Positions 36,955-50,145 of a DNA stretch of 64,000 nt are shown piece by piece. A program made the translations under genes and the position numbers. The notes beneath the pieces are model-generated. The model searched no databases. It saw only the letters and a list, made by a program, of their open reading frames with translations, and was not told where the DNA came from. Numbering within the stretch: the first letter of the stretch is position 1; each line of letters begins with the position of its first letter. The stretch is from NCBI GenBank assembly GCA_028826165.1, contig JAPDFW010000114.1:930001-994000 (forward strand), written 5' to 3'. This DNA is from Anaeramoeba ignava BMAN. Taxonomy: Eukaryota > Protista > Anaeramoebae.

Positions 36955-37812
36955 AATTTAATTCAAAGAAATCAATTCAATTCAAAGAAAACAATTCAAT
37001 TCAAATTAATTCAATTTAATTCAAAACAATTCAATTCAATTCAATTCAATTCAATTCAATTCAATTCAATTCAATTCAATTCAATTCAATTCAATTCAAT
37101 TCAATTCAATTCAATTCAATTCAATTCAATTCAATCCAAAGAAAACAATTCAATTCAATTTAATTCAATTTAATTCAATTCAATTTAATTCAATTCAATT
37201 TAATTCAAATCAATTTAATTCAATTCAATTCAATTTAAATCAAATCAATTCAATTCAATTCAATTTAAATCAATTCAATTTAAATCAATTCAATTCAATT
37301 CAATTCAATTTAATTTAAAACAATTTAATTCAATTTAATTCAATTCAATTCAAAGAAAACAATTTAAATCAAAGAAAACAATTCAATTCAATTCAAATCA
37401 ATTCAATTCAAAGAAAACAATACAATTCAATTCAATTTAATTCAATTCAAAGAAAACAATTCAAAGAAAACAATTCAATTCAAATCAATTTAATTCAATT
37501 CAATTCAATTCAAAGAAAGCAATACAAATTAAAGAAAACAATTCAATTCAAATCAATTCAAATCAATTCAATTCAATTTAATATTCAATTCAAATCAATT
37601 TAATTCAATTCAATTCAAAGAAAACAATTTAAAGAAAACAATTTAAATCAAATCAATTCAATTCAATTCAATTCAATTCAATTCAAAGAAAACAATTTAA
37701 ATCAAAGAAAACAATTCAATTCAATTCAATTCAATTCAATTCAATTTAATTTAAAACAATTTAATTCAATTTAATTCAATTCAATTCAAAGAAAACAATT
37801 CAAAGAAAACAA
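36955..37812. repeat. (AATTC)n pentamer microsatellite between convergent genes
   Basis: Directly visible. Confidence 0.9.
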
Positions 37813-38003
37813 TATTTTCTTTCTTTTCTTCTTCTTCTTTTTTTTCAGATTAATTAAAGAATAAAAAATCTCAAAAAACAAAAATTTGAAATTTGGAATT
37901 TGGAATTTGGATTTCTTTGTTTTTTATTGATTTGAAGAAATTAATTTGATTGAAAGTAAATTAAAGTTGAATTGAATTTTGAAAAAGAAATGAAAAAAAG
38001 AAA

Positions 38004-39760
38004 TTAAATGAAATAAGTTTCAACTTCATCAACAATCCATTTATTATAAGAACCAGCTAAATAACTTTGAGATTCATTTGTATTATAAGTAATTCCATTA
38101 GGTAGATTATAGTTATAACCAAAATTTGTAGAGCCTCTATGTAAATCTGAATTCAACCCCAAATCATAATTACTTCCAAACCATGGACCATAATATGAAT
38201 AATGATAATAAAGAGCATAACCTTCTTGACCTTGTTTAATTGTAAACTTTGCAGGTATTCTATCCCCTTTATCATTTCTTAATGAAAAAATAAATGCATT
38301 AGAATCTGAAATGGTACTGGCTCCAGTATTCTTCCAACCAACTTGAGTAAAACCTCCAAAAATAAAATTATCTTTTGTTTTGATAATAACTAATGTTTTT
38401 CCTTTCCCATCAACTTTTTTATGCCATTTTTTAGAATCAAATCCATCTATTTTTGCTGAAAATCCTTTTTTCATTTTATAAAAAAAATCATTATCATTTA
38501 TCCATTCTTTTAATTTCTTAACATATTCTTCTTCTGTAATAATTTCTGAATTTGAAAAAATCTTCAATAATTTATTTTGATTTTGATTTTGATTTTGATT
38601 TTGATTTTGATTATGAATTTCTTTTATTTTTTCTTTCTCAAATGATAATTTAAGATTTTGAATTTCTTCATCTTTTTGTTTGAGAATTTTATCTTTCTTT
38701 TCATTTTCTGATTTGAGATTTTGATTTTCTTGTTTTAAATTTTGAGTTCCAGATTCAAATGATTTTATCTTTTTCTCGTAATTCTTTTATCTCTTCTTTT
38801 AATTTTCTTTTCATTTTCTTTAATTTGTTTATCATTTTCTTGAATTTTCTTTTCTTTTTCTTTAATTTTCTTTTCATTTTCTTTGATTTTTGTTTGATTT
38901 TCTTGATCTTGAATTTGAAAAATAGTTCTTTCAAAATCAATTAAAAAAGAATTTGGAAGAAAAATATCAAATTGTTTTAATTTATCAAAATCTTGTTTTG
39001 AAATTGAATCTTTATCAAATAATGAAAAAAAAGAATGAAATAATCTTTTCTTTGAATTCATTTTGTGTTCATATTTCCTTAATCTTAATTTTTTATTTCT
39101 TTTTTTAATCCAATTATCCAAAAATTGAAAAAAATCAAATTGAAAAATTTCTTTTTTTTCTTGTTTAAATTGAATAAATTTGATAATTTCTTCTTTAGTT
39201 AAATTGAATAAATTCTCATTATTTTGAATTTGGGAAAAATTTTGATTTATTAATTCAAAACATTTTATTTCAATTTCATTTGAATTTAAATTTCGATTTT
39301 GGAATAAAAATTGGAAAAAATTTGAATAATTAATTGAATTTAAAATTTTTTTTTGAATAATTTCTTTCAATAAATTTAATTTAAAATAAATTGAAATTTC
39401 CAATAATTGAATAAGATTTTCTTGATTCTCAAAAGAAATATTTCCATAATAAATATAACTCAAAATTGATTCCATTTCTTTTTTATTAAATTGATTTAAA
39501 GAAATAGAAAGAGATTCTTGTCTTAATGATTCATTAAAAAAAGGAGATCTTGAAGATAAAATTGATTTATGAACTTTAATTTCAAAAGGATTTGATTTAT
39601 TCTCAACAAAAATTGAAAAATCTTTAAATGAATTTTCATTTAAAAGGTTTGAATAATTTTTAATTAAATTTTTTGTTACTTTTTTTTCTAAATTTTTCAT
39701 TTCATTTTCATTTTGATTTTGATTTGCATTTTGAATTTGGTTATTATTATTATTATCCAT
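38004..39760 (-). CDS. BTB/POZ + coiled coil + TLDc domain protein; frame break near 38755-38790
   Basis: DFSIFV..IKVHKSILSSRSPFF (BTB); DGFDSKKWHKKVDGKGKTLVIIKT..FIFGGFT..YGPWFG..VDEVETYF (TLDc). Confidence 0.85.
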
Positions 39761-40169
39761 TTTGTTTTTGTGTTTTTGTTTTTTTTTGTGTTTTTGTGTT
39801 TTGTTTTTGTGTTTTTAAAAAAAAAGGAAAAAAATGAAAAAAAAAATTTAAAAAAAAAAAATGAATAAAAAAAGTGGATTTTGAAAATAAATAAAAATAT
39901 AAAAAATAAGAATAAATTTAAATTAATAATTAATTTAATTTTCTTTTTAATTTATTATTTTAAATTAATTTATTAATAAATTATTATTATTTTTTATTAA
40001 TTTTTTTTATTAAAAAAAAAGGAAAATTATTTTAATTTAATTTTTAATTTAATTTTTTTTTTGGAATTTAAAAATTATTAATAAATTTAAATTTTAAAAC
40101 AAATTTCTAAATTAATATTAATTCAATTTAATTCAAAAAGATAAAATTTTAATTTCAAAAAAATCAATT

Positions 40170-41995
40170 TTCAAAATATTTTTAAATAATAAAATATTTA
40201 AATCTAAAACAATAAATTATTATTTTAATAATAAAATTAAATATTAAAATATATTTTTAAATTAATTTTTAAATTAAATATTAAATTAAATCTATTTCCA
40301 TTTTTATATTTTATATGTTAAATATTTAAATAATAAAATATTTAAATCTAAAACATTAAATTATTATTTTTAATAATAAAATTAAATATTTTTAAATTAA
40401 TTTATAAATTTTTAAATTAAAATTTCCATTTTTAATTTATATATTAAATATTTAAATAATAAAATATTTAAATATAAAACAATTCATTATTTTTAATAAA
40501 ATTGATTATTAAAATATATTTTTAAATTAATTTATAAATTAAATATTAAATTAAAAATATTTAAATAATAAAATATTTAAATCTAAAACAATAAATTAAT
40601 ATTTTTAATAAAATTGATTATTAAATTATATTTTTAAATTAATTTATAAATTGAATATTAAATTAAACCTATTCTTATTTTTATATTTTTATGTTAAATA
40701 TTTAAATAATAAAAATATTTAAATCTAAAACATTAAATTATTATTTTAATAATAAAATTAAATATTAAATTATATTTTTAAATTAATTTATAAATTAAAT
40801 ATTAAATTAAATCTATTCTTATTTTTTTATATTTATATGTTAAATATTTTTAAATAATAAAATATTTAAATTTAAAACATTAAATTATTATTTTAATAAT
40901 AAAATTAAATATTAAATTATATTTTTAAATTAATTTATAAATTAAATATTAAATTAAATCTATTCTTATTTTTTTATATTTTTATGTTAAATATTTAAAT
41001 AATAAAAATATTTAAATCTAAAACAATAAATTATTATTTTAATAATAAAATTAAATATTAAATTATATTTTTAAATTAAAATTTAATTAATTAAATATTT
41101 AAATTAAATCTATTCTTATTTTTATATTTATAAATATATTAAATTAAAATATTTTTAAATAATAAAATATTTAAATCTAAAACAATAAATTATTATTTTA
41201 ATAATAAAAATTAAATATTAAATTATATTTTTAAATTAATTTATAAATTAAATATTAAATTAAATCTATTCTTATTTTTTTATATTTTATATGTTAAATA
41301 TTTAAATAATAAAATATTTAAATCTAAAACATTAAATTATTATTTTAATAATAAAATTAAATATTAAATTATATTTTTAAATTAATTTATAAATTAAATA
41401 TTAAATTAAATCTATTCTCCATTTTTATATTTATATGTTAAATATTTAAATAATAAAATATTTAAATCTAAAACATATTTAAAAGTATTATTTTAATAAT
41501 AAAATTAAATATTAAAAATTATATTTTTAAATTAATTTATAAATTAAATATTAAATTAAATCTATTCTTATTTTTTTTATATTTATATGTTAAATATTTA
41601 AATAATAAAAATATTTAAATTTAAAAACATTAAATTATATTTTTAATTAATTTAAAATTAATTATTAAATTAAATATTTAAATAAATTATCTAAAAACAA
41701 TAAATTAATATTTTAATTAAATATTAAATTATATTTTTAAATTAATTTAAATTAAATATTTAAATTTTTAAAATATTTAAATCTAAAACATTAAATTAAT
41801 ATTTTTAATAATAGAATTAAATATTAAATTATATTTTTAAATTAATTTCTAAATTAAATATTAAATTAAATCTATATCCATTTTTATATTTTTATTTTTA
41901 AATATTTAAATTAATAAAATATTTAAATTAAAAAATTTAAATATTAAGAAAAATTAAATATTAAAATATATTTTTAAATTAATTTATAAATTAAA
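40170..41995. repeat. ~145-150-bp unit, almost pure A/T tandem satellite
   Basis: ATGTTAAATATTT recurs at about 40691, 40838, 40985, 41291, 41435 and 41587. Confidence 0.8.
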
Positions 41996-42066
41996 ATACT
42001 TTTATATTTTTAAATTAAATACTTTTATATTTTTTTTTCAAATTTCATTTTTTTCTTTCTTTTTAA

Positions 42067-43368
42067 ATGCAACCAAATTTAATTTTTACACCAAATATAA
42101 ACAGAATTAAACCAAGAAAAACATTTGAAAGTGATGCAATCGATTTTCTAATTACAGGAAACAAAACTCAAGAAAAAGAAAAAGAAAAAGAAAAAGAAAA
42201 AGAAAAAGAAAATGAAAATGAAAATGAAAATGAAAATGAAAATGAAAATGAAAATGAAAATGAAAATGAATTTGAAAATGAATATGAAGATCAAGAAGAA
42301 CCAATGCAAGAACAAACACAAGAACAAACACACCCAACAACTCTAAAAGAAGCCAAACAACCTCAAGGAGATGGAATCAATAAAGTTCAAAGAATCAGTG
42401 AAGACAAAGGAGATTTTGCAATTGAAAAACGGAAAAAAAAAATAAAACCAAAAGCAGAAGCAAATTTTATTGAAAAAAAAAAACCGAAAAAAAAAAAGAA
42501 AGAAAAACTAAAAGAAAAACCAAAAGAAGAAATGACACTCAATCAATTAATAAACTGTCCTTTTAACACAGGAATTCCAAGTCGAACTGAAAGAGAAAGA
42601 CTTGAAAGAAAAAAAAAAGAAAGAGAAGAAAGAAAGCTATTGAAAAAACAGCTGAAATTAAATCAGCAAGAAAACGAAGTCACTTCTTTAGAAAATAAAG
42701 AAGAAATCAAAACAAAGGCTGAAAAATTGAATGAAATATTAGAAACACCAATTGATTTGGATTCCATCAAAGAATCAAGTGTTTCAGACACAGAAAACAA
42801 GGAAGATGAAAACGAAGGAATTGAGGGCGAAATTGCAAATGCGGCCCAAATCAAAATCAACGATGATGGGGAGTTTTTATTGGATCATTCTTCAATGATG
42901 TCAAATATTTCAAATACTCAAAATTCTTTCAATGAAATTGAATCAAATAAAATCATAATTGAAGAAACTAACAGAAGAATGTATGTCAAAAGAAGAGACA
43001 GAGATAGTTACTCAAAACCCTGGAGTGAAAAAGAAACAGATCGTTTTTATGAAGCAATCAGAAAAATTGGAACAGATTTTTCTTTAGTTGCAAAATTTTT
43101 CCCTCATCGATCAAGAAGAGAAATTCGCAATAAATTTAAAAGAGAAGAGAAAATTAACCCAAATAGAATCAGTGCTGCTGTTTTAAATCAAGAAATTCCT
43201 CTCCAAGACCAAATCAAAATTGTTCCAGAAAAAAGAGGAAGAAAGAAAAAAATTCAAAATCAAAATTCAAATCAAAATTCAAATTCAAATCAAAAAAATA
43301 AAAAAAGAAAAAAAAGAAAATCAAAAAAAAATCAAAATTCAAAAAAAGAAGATCAAAAAGAAAATTAA
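42067..43368 (+). CDS. BDP1: TFIIIB B'' subunit (BDP1-like SANT/Myb domain)
   Basis: WSEKETDRFYEAIRKIGTDFSLVAKFFPHRSRREIRNKFKREEKINPNRI, preceded by AAQIKINDDGEFLLDHSSM. Confidence 0.88.
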   Translation: MQPNLIFTPNINRIKPRKTFESDAIDFLITGNKTQEKEKEKEKEKEKENENENENENENENENENENEFENEYEDQEEPMQEQTQEQTHPTTLKEAKQPQGDGINKVQRISEDKGDFAIEKRKKKIKPKAEANFIEKKKPKKKKKEKLKEKPKEEMTLNQLINCPFNTGIPSRTERERLERKKKEREERKLLKKQLKLNQQENEVTSLENKEEIKTKAEKLNEILETPIDLDSIKESSVSDTENKEDENEGIEGEIANAAQIKINDDGEFLLDHSSMMSNISNTQNSFNEIESNKIIIEETNRRMYVKRRDRDSYSKPWSEKETDRFYEAIRKIGTDFSLVAKFFPHRSRREIRNKFKREEKINPNRISAAVLNQEIPLQDQIKIVPEKRGRKKKIQNQNSNQNSNSNQKNKKRKKRKSKKNQNSKKEDQKEN

Positions 43369-43488
43369 AAAGAAGAAGAAGAAGAAAAATGGGATTTTTT
43401 TTTTTGTTAAATTCTTGTAAAAAAAAAATTTTTCAAATAAAAAAATAAAAAAATTTTTTTCATTTTTCTTCTTTCATTTTTTTTTAAA

Positions 43489-46400
43489 ATGGAAATGGAT
43501 ATTTTTACTTCAATTACAAAAAATGATTTAAATTCTTTAAAAGAAATAATTCAAAAAGATAAAGAATCAATTTTTTCTCATAAAAATACAGTTAATTTTA
43601 TTTGAATTTTTATTTTAAATTTTATTTTAATTAAATTTTAAAATATTTATTAAAAAATAATAGATGAATCCAATTTATTTTGCAATAATTTTAAAAGCTA
43701 AAACTGAAATTATTATAGAACTTATTAAAGCAGGTTCTCCTTTAGAAGAATTTGTTTCAGTAAATTTTTATTATTATTATTATTATTATTTTTTTTTTAT
43801 AAATTATTTTTCATTTCGAAATTTTTTCTCTTTTAGAATCAAACACCTTTACAAGCAGTTTGTAATCCAAAAAGATTTGAATTAATTGAAGTTTTATTAA
43901 AAAATGGTGCAAATCCAAATAATTTTAATGTAAATCAAAAATTTAATTTTAAAAAATTTAATTTCAAAAAATTTAATTTATTTTTCATTTAGAAAGTAAA
44001 TATTTAAAAATTATAAATTTTCTTTTTAATCATAAATTTATTTTTATTTTTATTATTTTTATTATTAGAAACCTCCTCCTTTATTTCTGGCAATAAAACA
44101 AAAATTAAAATTGGAAATTATTGAAACTCTCATTTCTTATGGAGCTGATGTTAAGATTATTTATGTATTTTCCTTTTTCCTTTTTTTTTTTTCTTTTCAA
44201 AAATTAATTTTAATTTTCAAAATTAAAAAGAATAATTCATCAATTTTACATGAAACTTGTAAAGTTTATCCAAAAATTGACCTTATTAAATTATTCCTTT
44301 CTAATGGAGCAGATATAAATTTTTTAGATGTAATTAAATTTATAAAATTCAATAATGATTAATTTTCTTTATAAAATGAAATTAATTCCATTTATTTAAT
44401 TAGAATGTAAGCATTAAATCTTATTTAAATTTTCAAATCTTATATTTTTTTTTAATTTAGAATGTAAGTTAATTTCTTTTTTATTCAACATTTTTTCTTT
44501 TCTCATAATAAAGTTTGATTTTATATAAAGAAAAATTCTCCTCTTCATTATATTATTAGAAAAAAGAATATGTTACCAATTATACAATTATTAGTTGAAA
44601 ATGATGCAAAACTTGATTTCGAAAATGTATCTTTTTTTTATTTAAAATCATTTTAATTTTATTATCATTTTTATTCGTTTAATACTAGCAAAATTCAATA
44701 TTATTATCAGCTTTAAAATATCAATCTCTTGAAGTTATTCAATTTCTTGTTAATTCTGGTTCGAAATTAGATTCAACAAATGTAATTAATCAATATAAAA
44801 AACAAAAACAACAATTTCTTCTTTTCTCATTGAATATTTTATTATTCCTCAAAGATTACCCAAGTTCTTGAAACTGCTATTAAACATAAAGTTGATCCAT
44901 CAATTTTTGAATTTTTATTCCTTTATAACAATTTGGGAGCAAACCAATCATTTAAAACTATTTTCTCCCTTTTCGAATTATGTTGGAGAAACAAATCTTC
45001 AGAAAAAATTTTAGATTTCCTCTCAAATTTTTTGACTGAAAGTTTTACATTTGTTAATGTATTCATTTTTTTAAAACTCATCAAAATTAAAATTAAATTT
45101 AAATTTATTATTGTAATTTAGAGTGTAAAAATATTTTAAAAATGATTTGAATCATTTTTTATATATTCTATTCTTGATTTAGGAAAATAATTTATTTCAA
45201 TATGTTTGTCAAGAAGGATGTCCATTGAATATTGTCAAAAAATTTTACTCAGATTCTTTATTAAATTTACAAAATGTAAGAATTAATTTAATTCCTTTTT
45301 TTTTAATATAATAATAATAATCATAATAATCATAATAAATTTTAGAAAGTAAAAAATAGTTTTTATTCTTTTTTTTCTTTAGAAATAATTTCAAATATTC
45401 ATTTCTTACTTTTTTTTTTTTTTTTGGAAATTGAAATATTTAAAGAATGTAAATATTTTCTCAATCCTACAAAAACAAAATTATAGTGATTTTCATTTTA
45501 TTATTTATTACAATTTAAAATAGAAACACACACCTTTACTTCTTTCAATGACATTTAAAAAAAATACTGAGATTATTGAATTTTTATTAGAAAAGAATGC
45601 AGATGTTAATATTGCAAATGTATTTATTTATATTATTTTTTTTCCAGAATTTTCTTAAATAAAAAACTTTAATATTTGTGTTTTTTTCATTTATCAAGGA
45701 TGTAAAATATTTTTCATTTTAATTTATTTTTGTGAATTAATATTAAAAATAACAATTTAGGATGTAATCATTTTATTATTTTTTAAAATAATATAAATCT
45801 AATTATAAATATAAATAGGGAACAATTCCATGTCATTTTTTAGATAATAAAATGAAGTTTGAAACGATTGAATCTATTGTTTCAAATACAAAAAAAATCA
45901 ATCAAAGAGAAGTAAATAATTAATAATTTTAATTTTATTTCTAATTTAATTCATTATTTTTTTTTGTTTAGCGTTCTGTAAATATTCTTTTTTTTTTTAA
46001 CAAAAAAAAAAACCAATTAAAAATCTTTTTTTTATATATATATAATCAATTCTTTGTAGACTGGAGTAAAAAAGAAAAAAGAAAATTAATTTTAGATTAA
46101 ATTTTTATTGATTAAATTTTTTTAGATGGTAATATTAATCTTAAATTATTTTTGAAAATTAATTTCTCTTTTTTAAAAAAAAAACACAAAAGACACCACT
46201 TCTTTATGCAATTACCAATAAACTTGATGAAAAAATTATTGAATTACTTCTTCAAAAAGGTTCTTCTGTTCAAATCACAACTGTAATAAAAATTAAAATT
46301 TAAAAATTTAAAAATTAAAAAATTAATTTTAATTTTAATTTTAATTTTTGATTTTGAGTTTAGAAAGTGAGAAATTTTTATTTTTATTTTTATTTTTAAA

Positions 46401-49257
46401 TTATTTATTTCTCATTTTTATTTTTAGGATGTTCATTTTCATTTTCCAAAAAAAGAAAAAATAATTAATTAATTAATTTTTAAATATAACATTTTGTAAA
46501 ATTTAGCATAAAACTATATTAGATTTATATTGTGAAAATTATCAAGGAATGAATATTTTGAGAATGATAGTAGAAAATGGATGTAAAATCAATCATAAAT
46601 CTCAAGTAATTTAATCTTTTTATTCAATAATTCAAAAAAGTGAAAAAAAGAATTATTCAAATTTTGTTCTCCTTTTATTATTATTATTATTAAAAGGAAT
46701 CATGGAAACATCCTTTAGTATCCTTACTTTTGAAAGATATTTTTGAAATTGAACCTTATAAATATTTAATTGAACATGGTGCTAAAATTTCAGATGTATA
46801 AAACATTTACATAAATTTTTATTTTGAAAAAAAAAATGGAAAAAATTTATTATGATATCATTTCTTTTTCTTTTTCTTTTCTCAGGGATTTTCTCCAATA
46901 AGATACTCTCTTGCAAGAGCTCCTTTTGAACTTTTCGAATTTCTATTACAATCTGGTGCTTTTTTAGAAGATGTATTTATTCTAACAAAAAAAATTGAAA
47001 ATAAAAATGTTTCTTTATTTTTCAATTTATTTATTTATTTTCCTAAAATAGGATATTCTTTATCAGGCAATTAATTCTTTGGCTTCTATTGAAAAAATTG
47101 AAATGTTAATAAAATATGGAGCCAATCTAGATTATTCAAGTGTGAGTTGATTTTGATTAATTTAAAAACCAAAAAAATAATTGAAAATTATTAAATTAAC
47201 AAATTTTTTTTTTCCAAATTTAGTATGTAAATATTTTTTTCATTCATTTAAATTGATTTATTTTTATTATTATTATTATTATTATTAAATAGTATGGAGA
47301 TTTATTATATGCTGCTGCAACAAAATCATTTGCTCAAGCAATTCAACTTTTATTAAAAAATGGATCTCCGTTTAAAGGAAATCGTGTAAAAAAATATTTA
47401 ATTTGAAAATGGAAAGAATTCATTTTTTTGTTTTAACTTATTATTTTTGGATTATAGTATGTAAAAATTTTATTTAGATTTTTATAAAAAAAGAAAGAGA
47501 ATTTTCATCTTCTTTTTTATTATAACAAAAAAAAACAATAATAAAAATATATTAAGCATGATACACCTATTCATGCTACAATTCAAAAACATAGTGTTGA
47601 ATCATTGAAAGTTTTTATTCAACATGGAATTAATCTTAACCAACCAGGAGTAAGTTTAATTAAAATCAAACAAAAAAAAACAATATTTCTTTTATTTAAA
47701 TCAAAAATTTATTTGTTTAATTCAATTATGAATAGATTTATCCTTATTTATGCTATGCAATAAAAGAAGGAGTAAGTTTAGATATGATAAAAATATTAAT
47801 TTTCTCAGGAGCAAATGTGAATGCGAAAAATGTATTTAACAAAATTGTTTATATTCTCATTTATAAATTAAAATTTTAAATTTAAATATTTTTTAGAGTG
47901 TAAAAATATGATTAATTTTTAGATTTTTCAAAAATTAAAATTAAATTTAAATTTATTTTTTAAAGAATGGAGACACAGCTTTGCATTTATTAATTCATCC
48001 AAATCGATTTTCTTATTATTATACTGAAGAAAATTATACAGATGATAAGATTTCTACAATAAGAATACTTTTAGATCATGGAGCAGATTGGACTTTGACT
48101 AATGTACAAAAAAAAAATCAAGATATTATTTTGATTTATTTTCTAATTTTCCAAAATAATTGAATATATTATTTAGCATGTAAAAATCAAATAGAATTAT
48201 TTTTAAATTTTGATTAAACTCATTTTTCAATTATTGAAGGTTGTAAATAAAAAATAAAATAATATTTTTTTTGGATTTGTAAATTAAATTAAATTAAATT
48301 AAATTAAAAAAAAAGAACAAAACTCCATTATCTTATGTTACAAGACCAGAGATCATCAAATTAATATCAACATACATGTCAGTTATTGATGATATGGCCA
48401 AGTTAATAGAACGTGAAGAAATGACTGATTTTGTTATTCCAACAATAGAAGGGGATGTGCATTCTTACAAACCACTTTTACAGATTAGAATAGGAAAGGA
48501 TTTGTTTGAAAAAGGGATTGAAATTTTATCAAGAAAAAAAATTATGGAAGTTAAAATTTTTGTGAAGTTTCTTTGTGCAGGAATTATTGATAATGAAAAT
48601 TTGTCTATTATTCAAGATATTGCAAACGAAATTGGAATAGATGTTGATTCAAAAAGAGGAAGAAATGGAATTTTAATGGATTTGAAAAAGCTTTATGAAG
48701 AGGAAGAAACGAAAGATTTTGTGATAATTTCAAATGAAGAAAAAATTCCTGTTCATAAACCTATTTTGTTAGCAAGAAGTGAACTTTATAGAGGAATGTT
48801 TTTGTCTGTGAAAGATGATTCAAATCAAGTGAATGATTATAGTGGAAAATCAACAGAAGCTGTGAAAACTTTGATTAAATTTTTATATACTGATGAACTA
48901 GATGAGAATATTTCAAAAGAAGTTTTTTCAGAACTTAAAGATGTTGTTGATTATTATTTACTGAATGAGAATTCTTTTTTACCAACAAGACTTGAGGAAA
49001 TTCGAACAAGTTATAAAAAAGATACAAGAGAATGGTATTATAAGATTATGAATGAATTTTATCTTGATGAGAAGGTTGAAGATAATTTAGATGATTTAGA
49101 TGAATTTTCAAGTGATTATGATGAACAAGAAAAAGAAATAGAATTAGAACTAGAACAAGAATTAGAAAAACAAAAGGAAAAACGAAAACAAAGACAAAAA
49201 GAAGAAAAAGAAAAAGAAAGAAAACAAAAACAAAAACAAAAATCCAAATTCAGATGA
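43489..49257 (+). CDS. Ankyrin-repeat + tandem BTB protein; about 20 short phase-0 exons with 3-nt and 6-nt microexons, last exon 48316-49257
   Basis: Exons such as NQTPLQAVC..LLKNGANPN, KNSPLHYII.., HDTPIHATI.. and NGDTALHLL... The C-terminus has KDFVIISNEEKIPVHKPILLARSELYRGMF. Confidence 0.85.
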
Positions 49258-49294
49258 TGATTTAGATCAATTCAATTTATTTGATTAAGAAAGA

Positions 49295-49980
49295 TTATTA
49301 CAAAAATTATTAGAAATATTATTACAAAAATTATTATAAAAATTATTACAAAAATTATTACAAAAATTATTATAAATATTATTATAAATATTATTATAAA
49401 AATTATTATAAATATTATTAATATTATTATAAATATTATTATAAATATTATTATAAAATTATTATTAAAATTATTATAAATATTATTATTAAAATTATTA
49501 TAAAAATTATTATAAAAATTATTATAAACATTATAAATATTATTATAAATATTATTATTAATATTATTATTAATATTATTATTATAATTATTATTAAAAA
49601 ATTATTAATATTAATATTATTAAAATTATTACAAAAATTATTATAAATATTATTACAAAAATTATTATAAAAATTATTATTAAAATTATTATAAATATTA
49701 TTATAAAAATTATTATAAATATTATTATAAATATTATTATAAATATTATTATTAAAATTATTATAAATATTATTATAAATATTATTATAAATATTATTAT
49801 TAAAATTATTATAAATATTATTATAAATATTATTATAAATATTATTATAAATATTATTATTAAAATTATTATAAATATTATTATAAATATTATTATAAAA
49901 ATTATTATTAAAATTATTATAAATATTATTATAAATATTATTATAAAAATTATTATAAAAATTATTATTAAAATTATTAG
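49295..49980. repeat. TATTATAAA-type ~12-bp AT microsatellite
   Basis: Directly visible. Confidence 0.9.
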
Positions 49981-50145
49981 AAGAGAATTTATAAGAAAGA
50001 TTAGATTTTGGAAAATTTTTTTTTATTGATCATTTTTTTTAAACCCCTTTTGATCAATTTTCTTTTTTAATCAAAAACAAAAAAATAAAAAAATTAAATT
50101 TTCATTTTTTTCATTTTCATTTTCATTTTTTGAAATAAAAAGAAA

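Noticed and set aside
36955-37812. (AATTC)n tracts here and at 57.2-58.8 kb as telomeric repeats
   Set aside because: They are internal, degenerate and flanked by ordinary genes; no evidence of a chromosome end.
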